This document shows, piece by piece, positions 36,200-43,624 of a DNA stretch of 64,000 nt; position 1 is the first letter of the stretch; every line of letters starts with the position of its first letter. The position numbers were made by a program, and so were the translations under genes. Below the pieces are notes generated by a model. The model searched no databases and was not told the DNA's origin. It saw nothing but the letters and a program-made list of their open reading frames with translations. Source of the DNA: Nitrospirota bacterium (lineage in GTDB: Bacteria > Nitrospirota > Nitrospiria > Nitrospirales > Nitrospiraceae); the NCBI GenBank assembly GCA_016200355.1, contig JACQEY010000053.1:425-64424 (forward strand). Direction: 5' to 3'.

Positions 36200-37504
36200 T
36201 CAATGTCTTACCGCCGGCTCCAGCTTGATCAGGTTCGCTGCCTCCGCTTCCTGAATCAATGTGACGTATTCAGACCGCCAATGTTTGAGCGTGCTCATAA
36301 TCGGCGCCACTTCTGCCTCGCCGAAGGCGCAAACCGTTCGACCCTCGATGTTCTTGCATAGATCGACCAAGGTTTCAAGATCTTCCATCCGCCCCCGCTT
36401 CGCGACAATTCGGCGCATGGTTTGTACCAGCCAGGAGCTTCCCTCTCGACAGGGGCTGCACTTGCCGCAGGACTCATGATAGAAAAACTCCATGAGGCGA
36501 AGCGCGGCCCACACGATGTCCGTACCCTCTTCCATCACCGTCACCCCGCCGGAGCCGAGCATGGAGCCGGCGGCGGCAACAGATTCAAAATCGAGCTTGA
36601 CGTCGAGGTGGTTCGGCGTGAGGAATGGCGCGGACGCCCCTCCTGGGATGAAGGCCTTGAGCGATTTGTCGGAGCGCATGCCTCCGGCATGCTCGTAAAT
36701 CAATTCGCGGAAGGTGACCCCCATCGGCACTTCGTAGTTCCCCGGCTGCTTCACATGGCCGCTGACGCAGAACACTCTGGTGCCGGTGCTCTTCGGTGGG
36801 GAACCGATCGACGCGAACCATTCGGGGCCCCGGACCACGATGTGAGGAAGGTTGGCCAGGGTCTCGATGTTGTTCACCACGGTCGGTTTGTTGTAGAGAC
36901 CGTTTGTCGCCGGGAAGGGGGGCTTGAAGCGCGGCAGGCCGCGTTTGCCTTCGAGCGACTCCAATAATGCCGTTTCTTCTCCGCAGATATAGGCTCCGGC
37001 GCCTCGGTGCACCCACACATTGACGGTGATGCCTGCGCCCAGGATATTCGAGCCGATATAGCCGGCGGTCCGCGCTTCGGCAATCGCCTGTTCCAAAATC
37101 TTGGCTCCGAGGACGAATTCGCCCCGTATATAAATGTAGGCGGTTTCTGATCCGATCGCGTAGCAGGCGAGCAAGATGCCTTCCAAGATCTGATGGGGAT
37201 CTCGCTCAATGAGCTGGCGGTCCTTGAACGTGCCTGGCTCACTTTCGTCGGCATTACAACAGAGGTACTTCGGACCTATATAGTCCTTCGGGAGAAAATT
37301 CCACTTCAAGCCGGTCGGGAAGCCTGCGCCGCCCCGCCCCCGAAGCCCTGACTTCATCACCATGCCGGTGACCCCGGCCGGCGGCACCTTCCCCACGACC
37401 TTGCGGAGCGCCTGATAGCCGCCTGCGCGCTCGTAATCGTGGAGCGAGCCGGTATAGCCTGGCTCCATCATATTCTTGAGCAATATCAGTTCGTGCTTGG
37501 GCAT
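36200..37504 (-). CDS. nuoF: NADH-quinone oxidoreductase subunit F
   Basis: GLRGRGGAGFPTGLKW, CNADESEPGTFKDR, ESCGKCSPCREG. Confidence 0.95.
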   Translation of the reverse strand: MPKHELILLKNMMEPGYTGSLHDYERAGGYQALRKVVGKVPPAGVTGMVMKSGLRGRGGAGFPTGLKWNFLPKDYIGPKYLCCNADESEPGTFKDRQLIERDPHQILEGILLACYAIGSETAYIYIRGEFVLGAKILEQAIAEARTAGYIGSNILGAGITVNVWVHRGAGAYICGEETALLESLEGKRGLPRFKPPFPATNGLYNKPTVVNNIETLANLPHIVVRGPEWFASIGSPPKSTGTRVFCVSGHVKQPGNYEVPMGVTFRELIYEHAGGMRSDKSLKAFIPGGASAPFLTPNHLDVKLDFESVAAAGSMLGSGGVTVMEEGTDIVWAALRLMEFFYHESCGKCSPCREGSSWLVQTMRRIVAKRGRMEDLETLVDLCKNIEGRTVCAFGEAEVAPIMSTLKHWRSEYVTLIQEAEAANLIKLEPAVRH

Positions 37505-37513
37505 GACGTTCCG

Positions 37514-37585
37514 AATTAAAAAAGTGAAATTAAAAATGCAAAATGGCCGGCCAAATATTTCATTTTACATTTCTCATTTTTCATT
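37514..37585. repeat. AT-rich heptad-arm hairpin in the nuoE-nuoF spacer
   Basis: aaaagtg aaattaa aaatgca aaatggc | tttcatt ttacatt tctcatt tttcatt. The right arm overlaps the nuoE stop. Confidence 0.85.
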
Positions 37586-38107
37586 GCGCATCGGCGCCTC
37601 CGGCCACATAAACGGGCCGGTCTTGAGCGAACAGGTCCCGTGTTGTTTGAGATCGGCCAGGATTCGGTCGAACGTTTGCTCTGTGAGCCGTTCGTAATAG
37701 TCGTCATTGACCTGCATCATCGGCGCGGTACCACAGGCGGCGAGGCATTCGACCGCGTTGAGGGTAAAGAGTCCGTCGGTCGTTGTCTCGCCCAGTCCGA
37801 TTCCGAGTTTCGTTTTGACCCACTCGACGACCGTATCCGACCCGGCCAGCGCGCACATCAGGGACTTACAAACTTGAAGATGAAACTTCCCCACGCGTTT
37901 GAGATTGATCATCGTATAGAACGTGGCCGTCTCATAAACTTGGGGCGGGGTCAGACGCAAGAGCCCCGCGATCTCCTTCATCGCCGCTTCGGACACGAAG
38001 CCCTCGTCCCGTTGCGCCAGGTAGAGCAAGGGAATCAGCGCCGAGCGCCTCACCGGATAGCGTGAGATGATCTCGTCAATTTCTTTCTGGTATTTCTCTT
38101 TCAACAT
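37574..38107 (-). CDS. nuoE: NADH-quinone oxidoreductase subunit E
   Basis: 177 aa, thioredoxin-like 2Fe-2S: LQVCKSLMCAL...ECLAACGTAPMMQVN. Confidence 0.95.
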   Translation of the reverse strand: MLKEKYQKEIDEIISRYPVRRSALIPLLYLAQRDEGFVSEAAMKEIAGLLRLTPPQVYETATFYTMINLKRVGKFHLQVCKSLMCALAGSDTVVEWVKTKLGIGLGETTTDGLFTLNAVECLAACGTAPMMQVNDDYYERLTEQTFDRILADLKQHGTCSLKTGPFMWPEAPMRNEK

Positions 38108-38180
38108 TCCACTTCCTCAACGGTGAGGCGACGGGGTGATGGAGCCCACTGCGCGCGAGCACGAGGGCATCCTCCTTCCC

Positions 38181-39932
38181 TCACCTATCACATTCTCCCA
38201 TCACGACGTCGTACGTTCCGAAGATCGTGATGATGTCGGAAATCAGATAGCCCCGCGCCATGTGGTCGAAGGCGCCCATGTGTACGAATGACGGCGCGCG
38301 AATCTTCAGCCTGTAAGGGCGGGGGCTGCCGTCGCTGACGATAAAAAATCCCAACTCGCCCTTTGGGGCCTCAGTCGCGCAATAGGTCTCGGCCTTCGGC
38401 GGCTTGATGCCCTGGGTGTAAATGATGAAATGATGGATCAAGCTTTCCATGTCCCGCATGACCAATTCCTTGGGCGGCGGGATATATTGAGGCGCCTCGG
38501 CCATGATCGGCCCAGCAGGCAGTTGATCGAGACATTGTGCGATGATCCTGGCGCTCTGCCGCATTTCTTCCATGCGGATCCAGTATCGGTCGTAGGTATC
38601 GCCGTTTCTGCCAATCGGCACGTCCCATTCGACTTTGTCGTACACGCCGTAAGGCTCGGCCTTGCGGACATCGTAGGCGACACCCGACCCTCGCAAGACC
38701 GGCCCGGTGCAGCCGAAGCTGATCGCATCTTCGGCTGAGAGCAGGGCCACATTCTTCGTGCGGCCGAGCCAGATGCGGTTCGATGCGATGAGCGAATCGT
38801 ATTCCTTGACCTTCTCGGGAAAGATATCGAGGAACGCCTTCATCCGTTGGACCAACTCGGGGGTGAAGTCGCTATCGACACCGCCGATACGATAGTAGTT
38901 CAGGGTCAGGCGGGCTCCACAGAGTTTTTCGAACATGTCTAACAGTATTTCGCGCTCCCGGAAGGTCCAGAAGAACACGGTCATGGCGCCGATATCGAGA
39001 GCTTGCGTACCGAGCCAAAAGAGATGCCCGATGATGCGTTGCATCTCAGCCACGATGGTCCGGATATATTCGGCCCGGATCGGCACCTCGATCTCGAGGA
39101 GTTTTTCTACGGCACGCACGTATGCGTAGTTGTTGGACATGGCACAGACATAGTCGAGCCGGTCCGTGTGCGGGATGATCTGCATATAGGTCAGACCCTC
39201 GGACAATTTCTCGACACCTCGATGCAGGTAACCGAGGTCCGGCGTGGCTTTCACAATCCGTTCGCCGTCCAATAAAAGCACGACACGCAACACGCCGTGG
39301 GTGCTCGGATGCTGCGGCCCCATGTTCAGCAGCAATTCCTCTTTCCGTTGAGAAGCAGGTACGCCGGTCTCGACGCGATAGAAAACTTTCTGCTCCTCAG
39401 GAATTTCGCTCTCGATGACGTCGACCGAGGCCTCATCGAATCTCGGAATAAAGTCGAACTGGCTGCGCCAGCCACGCCCCTCGGTCGGAAAGTCCTTTCT
39501 CAACGGGTATCCCTCGGTATAATCCTCCGGCATCAGAATACGCCGGAGATCAGGATGACCGGAAAAATGAATGCCCATCATGTCGTACACTTCTCGTTCC
39601 AGGAAGTCGGCTCCCTTCCAGACTCCAGTAACTGAAGCAATCGTCGGGTCATCCTCGGTGATACGCGCCTTGAGGCGAAGACGCTGTTGAAGGGGGAGTG
39701 AGTGCAAGTGATAGACGACTTCGAATCGCCGCTGATCTTCGGGATAGTCGACCGAACAGATATCGGTGAGATGGTCGAAGCCTGCCTCCGGCGCATCGTG
39801 CAAGTAGCGAGCAATCTCCAGCAGACGCGTAGCGGTCACGGAGACAGAGGTCTCGGCACGTGCGGCATCAACGCGGGTCGCGAGGATCGCGTCCGGGAAT
39901 TTCGTCTTCAGGTTATCGAGCAGTGCTTTCAT
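38181..39932 (-). CDS. nuoCD: Fused NADH-quinone oxidoreductase subunits C and D
   Basis: 583 aa. N-terminal 30-kDa (NuoC) region (DICSVDYPE...RFEVVYHL) is continuous with the 49-kDa (NuoD) region (NMGPQHPSTHGVLR ... ends VMGECDR). Confidence 0.9.
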   Translation of the reverse strand: MKALLDNLKTKFPDAILATRVDAARAETSVSVTATRLLEIARYLHDAPEAGFDHLTDICSVDYPEDQRRFEVVYHLHSLPLQQRLRLKARITEDDPTIASVTGVWKGADFLEREVYDMMGIHFSGHPDLRRILMPEDYTEGYPLRKDFPTEGRGWRSQFDFIPRFDEASVDVIESEIPEEQKVFYRVETGVPASQRKEELLLNMGPQHPSTHGVLRVVLLLDGERIVKATPDLGYLHRGVEKLSEGLTYMQIIPHTDRLDYVCAMSNNYAYVRAVEKLLEIEVPIRAEYIRTIVAEMQRIIGHLFWLGTQALDIGAMTVFFWTFREREILLDMFEKLCGARLTLNYYRIGGVDSDFTPELVQRMKAFLDIFPEKVKEYDSLIASNRIWLGRTKNVALLSAEDAISFGCTGPVLRGSGVAYDVRKAEPYGVYDKVEWDVPIGRNGDTYDRYWIRMEEMRQSARIIAQCLDQLPAGPIMAEAPQYIPPPKELVMRDMESLIHHFIIYTQGIKPPKAETYCATEAPKGELGFFIVSDGSPRPYRLKIRAPSFVHMGAFDHMARGYLISDIITIFGTYDVVMGECDR

Positions 39933-40002
39933 AATTCCAGTTCGCGAGACGGGCGCAACTTGCGGGACTTGCCTGTCCCGCCTCTCTCGCTCATCTCGCG
40001 GT

Positions 40003-40482
40003 TCATCTCACAAACACCTTTTCCCGCTGAATCTTTTCCTGTAATTTCAGTAATCCATCGAGCAATGCTTCCGGACGGGGCGGACAGCCCGGCACATAGA
40101 CATCGACTGGAATAATCTGATCGACGCCTTGAACCACCGCGTAACTATTGTAGTGGTTGCCTGAAGTGGCGCAGGAGCCCATAGAAATGACATATCGCGG
40201 TTCCGGCATCTGGTCATAGATGCGGCGGATCACCGGCGCCATCTTACGCGTCACAGTGCCGGCAATGATCATGAGGTCGGCTTGCCGCGGTGAGGCTCGA
40301 AAGACACCGGCGCCGAAACGATCCAAGTCGTACCGCGACGACACAGTCGCAATCATTTCGATGGCGCAGCAGGCCAGGCCGAACGTCATCGGCCACAAAG
40401 CCGATTTTCTGGACCAATTCACGACTGCATCCAGATTGGTCGTCAGAATGTTCGCCTCAAACTGTCTCTCCAGAAAACTCAT
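40003..40482 (-). CDS. nuoB: NADH-quinone oxidoreductase subunit B
   Basis: [25 protein letters not shown]. Confidence 0.95.
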   Translation of the reverse strand: MSFLERQFEANILTTNLDAVVNWSRKSALWPMTFGLACCAIEMIATVSSRYDLDRFGAGVFRASPRQADLMIIAGTVTRKMAPVIRRIYDQMPEPRYVISMGSCATSGNHYNSYAVVQGVDQIIPVDVYVPGCPPRPEALLDGLLKLQEKIQREKVFVR

Positions 40483-40520
40483 CTGTTCTTATTTTCCTCT
40501 CTCTCACCACGCATCGATTG

Positions 40521-40616
40521 GGACGGGTGGCCTGGTCGGCTCCCATTGCGCGCATCGAGCGAGCACATTCTGATCGTGCGCGCTCTGCGAGCACAGGAGT
40601 CGACCAGGCTTCCCGT
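40521..40616. repeat. ~95-nt dyad-symmetric element N1 in the nuoA-nuoB spacer
   Basis: Outer stem ggacgggtggcctggtcg / cgaccaggcttcccgtcc. Apical hairpin gagcgagcac-attctgatc-gtgcgcgctc. The 20-mer cgagcacattctgatcgtgc (40560-40579) recurs inverted at 42499-42518. Confidence 0.8.
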
Positions 40617-40621
40617 CCATC

Positions 40622-40993
40622 CTAGTCCCATTCGAGCGCCCCCTTCTTCCAGGCGTACCAGAATCCGGCCAGCAGGATGCCGATAAATACGAGCATCTCG
40701 ATGAGGCCCAACAGGCCGAGCGACTGAAACCGGATGGCCCAGGGGATCATAAAAATGACCTCGATATCGAAAACGACGAACAGCATTGCGATGATATAGT
40801 ACCGCATCGGAAACTGGATGCGCGCATCGGAAAACAGCGGGCTTCCGCTTTCATAGGGGGCCCGCTTGGCTCGATAGGGACGACTCGGCCGGATGAACGA
40901 GCCGACGAGCAGCGCGCCGCCGATGGCGACAACGGCGATGCCGATAAACACCAAGATCGGCAGATAATTCAGCGGAACCGATTCGCCACCCAT
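40622..40993 (-). CDS. nuoA: NADH-quinone oxidoreductase subunit A
   Basis: 123 aa with YESG...F..RYYIIAMLFVVFDIEVIF. Confidence 0.9.
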   Translation of the reverse strand: MGGESVPLNYLPILVFIGIAVVAIGGALLVGSFIRPSRPYRAKRAPYESGSPLFSDARIQFPMRYYIIAMLFVVFDIEVIFMIPWAIRFQSLGLLGLIEMLVFIGILLAGFWYAWKKGALEWD

Positions 40994-41002
40994 CAGTAAC
41001 CC

Positions 41003-41091
41003 CTATGGTTGATGGTTAATGGTAGATGGTGCATGGCAGGGCCGTGCTCATAAATTTTCATCAGCCATTTTCCATCAACCATTATCCATTC
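41003..41091. repeat. Heptad-arm hairpin between midA-like gene and nuoA
   Basis: ctatggt tgatggt taatggt agatggt gcatggc | gccattt tccatca accatta tccattc. The right arm overlaps the midA-like stop. Confidence 0.85.
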
Positions 41092-42260
41092 GCACCCACT
41101 GCCAGCGCCGAACCGAAGAAGGGTTTGAATTTCAAGCCGTCAAGTTCCGGACGACTGATGCCCTTGTGTTGAACGAGCACCTTGAATGTGCTGCCCATGC
41201 CGTCCGGCTTCAGGAGTTGAATCGCGGCGTAAAACTCCGGGCTCTCCGGCTCCAACTCCCCGATCATCTCTTCAGCGCCGAGCCCCATCAGAAAACTCAT
41301 TTGGTTCGTGAACCCCGTGACATGGAGTCCTTGCGTCTCACCGACAGCAGCTAGGCTCGAAAAATCTACATGAGCGGTCATATCCTGCTCGCCGACACGA
41401 ATAAGTGGATCCTCGTTCGTCCGCTGCTGGGAATAGCAGAGGAACGTGCCGTCCTTCCGTTCAGGCCCATAGAGATCCTGCGCCGTATGGCCATAATCAA
41501 TCGTCAAAACAAATCCACAATCCATCCGCCGAGCGACCTGCGCCATCCAGTCCATCGCGAGGAGATTCACCTCAGTTCGGTAGCCTTCAGGCCACACAGC
41601 ATTCAGGTGCTCCAGATACTGAGCGAGTGCATCCGTCGACAGAGGCTTGAGACAGTCCACAAAATGTCCGTCTCGATAATCTACATAGAGTTCTTCGGTT
41701 CGTCCGTCCTTGACTTGAATTCGGTGCACCGGAAAGGCATCGATCAGTTCATTGCTCAAGAACAGACCGGTCACACTCTCCGGCGCCAGCCCTTCGAGGC
41801 CTTCCAACCAAGTGATGAGGCCGGGCTTGCTGAGCCAGGGAGCCAGGTTCTGCCCCTGCAAGCTCCGCATGGCAGGGCTCCGTTCGATCAGGACATAGCG
41901 GACACGCGATGCAAAGTCATCCTGCTCGGCATAAATTGCCGCCAAGCAATCTCGTGCTAAAAGTCCTTTGCCTGCGCCCATTTCAACGATCGTAAAGGGA
42001 GTGGGGCAGCCCACTAAATGATCCATTTGCCTGGCCTGCGCGGCAAGTGCCCGTCCGAGAATCGGGTCCACATCGGAGCTGGTGTAGAAATCGCCGGACC
42101 AGCCGATTCGTTCATGCTCCGCACTGTCCGGTTGGCGCATGTAATAGCCGAATTGAGGGTGATAGAGCGCCCGTTCCATAAAACGGACGAAGGGAATTGG
42201 CCCATTTTGGACGATCTCGGACGAAATGGCAGATATAAGCTCAGGATGCCCGGTCGTCAC
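41082..42260 (-). CDS. MidA/NDUFAF7-family (DUF185) SAM-dependent methyltransferase
   Basis: 392 aa with PIPFVRFMERALYHPQFGYY, GDFYTSSDV, IVEMGAGKGLLARD, NELIDAFPVH, DYG. Confidence 0.7.
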   Translation of the reverse strand: MTTGHPELISAISSEIVQNGPIPFVRFMERALYHPQFGYYMRQPDSAEHERIGWSGDFYTSSDVDPILGRALAAQARQMDHLVGCPTPFTIVEMGAGKGLLARDCLAAIYAEQDDFASRVRYVLIERSPAMRSLQGQNLAPWLSKPGLITWLEGLEGLAPESVTGLFLSNELIDAFPVHRIQVKDGRTEELYVDYRDGHFVDCLKPLSTDALAQYLEHLNAVWPEGYRTEVNLLAMDWMAQVARRMDCGFVLTIDYGHTAQDLYGPERKDGTFLCYSQQRTNEDPLIRVGEQDMTAHVDFSSLAAVGETQGLHVTGFTNQMSFLMGLGAEEMIGELEPESPEFYAAIQLLKPDGMGSTFKVLVQHKGISRPELDGLKFKPFFGSALAVGANG

Positions 42261-42462
42261 AAGGAACTCCTCTTATCCCATCGACAACACAAGAAAAGTG
42301 ACAGCACGAGCCGAGGATAGACCCCACCCCTCCCCCTTGAAGGGCCAAAAGAGAGGAAAAAGTGGCCTAGGTTAGTTTTGATATTAGCCTTGATTTTGCA
42401 GCTAAGTCAAGGCGAAGAGTATTGGAAACTCAGGCAAATCTCCCGATTCGAGAGGGACGGGG

Positions 42463-42557
42463 AATGACACCCGTGCCGATCCCTTGCTCCCGGAACACGC
42501 ACGATCAGAATGTGCTCGTTCGACGGCCGCAGTGGGACCAGCACGGGTGCCATTCCT
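42463..42557. repeat. Dyad element N2 (inverted copy of N1) upstream of midA-like gene
   Basis: Outer stem ggaatgacacccgtgc / gcacgggtgccattcc. Apical region gaacacgcac-gatcagaat-gtgctcgttc. The central ~60 nt are homologous to N1 in reverse complement. Confidence 0.8.
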
Positions 42558-42651
42558 GGAGAGAAAAACAAGCGAGCTTGGAAGGATCATTTTGCATATC
42601 GATTGACCGATTTTCGATCAGGCGGTAACGTAGCCTACCGAAGGAGAGATT

Positions 42652-43329
42652 ATGCTGAAGCGCATTTTGATTCTGTTGGTCCTCGCTCTGGCCCAAGCTG
42701 GGTGTACCACTGACGAAGGTGGAACTATCTTCGAACCCGTCACCCTCACGCCGGAGAGCCGGGAAAGCATTGAACGGCTGAAGCGAGAGTTCCTGAAGCT
42801 TGAGGACCTCAAGGTCGGAGATGGCCCCGTTGCTGCCTGGGGACGCAAGATCTCGGCTGATATTGAAGTTCGATACACCGATGGCACTGTCGCCTATCGC
42901 GGACCTGCCTACGCTTATGCTGGCATGACGGGCGGTGTCATGATTCACAATAATCTGCGAAAAAGTGGGGCTCTCGCCTTCCCCGAGCAACGCGGACTCA
43001 TACTGGGTCTTAATGGCATGGCCGTCGGAGGTAAGCGACGGATTACTATAGCTCCTAAGTTGGTCTGTGAATCCTACGGCACCGAGGAGGCCGACCCCAA
43101 GATCGCCTGTGGTCTCGTGGGTGGCAACCGCAAGGAAGACAGAGGGATGGCTGTCCGTAAAGAAACGTTGGTTGTCGACGCTACCCTCACTGAATCCTGC
43201 ATCCCTGTCTTCCTGTTCATTCCGGTCATTTACCACGGTGAGTTCCGCTGTCGTAGTTCCGAAAGCCCCCGACGGGACCCCAGTGCTCCCATCTGGCATC
43301 TCTACGATGCCGAGCCATCCCGATCATGA
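42652..43329 (+). CDS. Lipoprotein with degenerate FKBP-type peptidyl-prolyl isomerase-like domain
   Basis: AAGGAG RBS. Lipobox LALAQAGC. LEDLKVGDGPVAAWGRKISADIEVRYTDGTV...GLNGMAVGGKRRITIAP follows the FKBP fold pattern. Confidence 0.5.
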   Translation: MLKRILILLVLALAQAGCTTDEGGTIFEPVTLTPESRESIERLKREFLKLEDLKVGDGPVAAWGRKISADIEVRYTDGTVAYRGPAYAYAGMTGGVMIHNNLRKSGALAFPEQRGLILGLNGMAVGGKRRITIAPKLVCESYGTEEADPKIACGLVGGNRKEDRGMAVRKETLVVDATLTESCIPVFLFIPVIYHGEFRCRSSESPRRDPSAPIWHLYDAEPSRS

Positions 43330-43624
43330 GGCCTCTTCCCCTTCCACTTCATCAGCCAGCTCGTTGATCATGGTTACGCGAACAGCTGCAATCTTCTCTT
43401 CCCCCCCTCTCTCTTCGGCTCGGCTGGAAGGGATGTGACTGAGGTGTTCGACATGGCGTCTGCCATATTTCAATAGGTGGTGACGGCCACGCACGACGGC
43501 ATTGCGACGCTTCGGCGCAGTTTTAGAGTCGTGCGTGATGAGGTGTGATGCGGGTCGGTAGCAATGGAGGCCTATCGCATCATGGCGACGCCGAAGGTCC
43601 GCGCCCTTCGTCAGCCGAGCCTCT

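Noticed and set aside
35312-36361. 349-aa plus-strand ORF, together with similar long ORFs at 4999-5904, 26265-27095, 31503-32342, 25093-25944, 15460-16098 and 46834-47439
   Set aside because: All lie antisense to, or out of frame within, confidently identified genes (nuoG, sensor kinase, nuoN, nuoI/J, yihY/nuoN, fadL-like, OM barrel). Their Arg/Pro/Gly-rich composition is typical of non-coding frames in GC-rich DNA.
42505-43299. 264-aa ORF on the minus strand covering the FKBP-like lipoprotein gene
   Set aside because: It is antisense to an ORF that has a strong AAGGAG RBS, a lipobox signal peptide and an FKBP-like pattern. It has no start context or recognisable motif of its own, which is typical of a high-GC shadow ORF.
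43330-43624. Unusually long (295 nt) convergent spacer after secA. Looked for a small gene, for example a 57-codon GTG-initiated minus-strand ORF ending at 43324 with a basic N-terminus and acidic C-terminus.
   Set aside because: There is no ATG, no Shine-Dalgarno sequence and no recognisable family. The only long ORF (43324-43830) overlaps secA in another frame. It is left unannotated.
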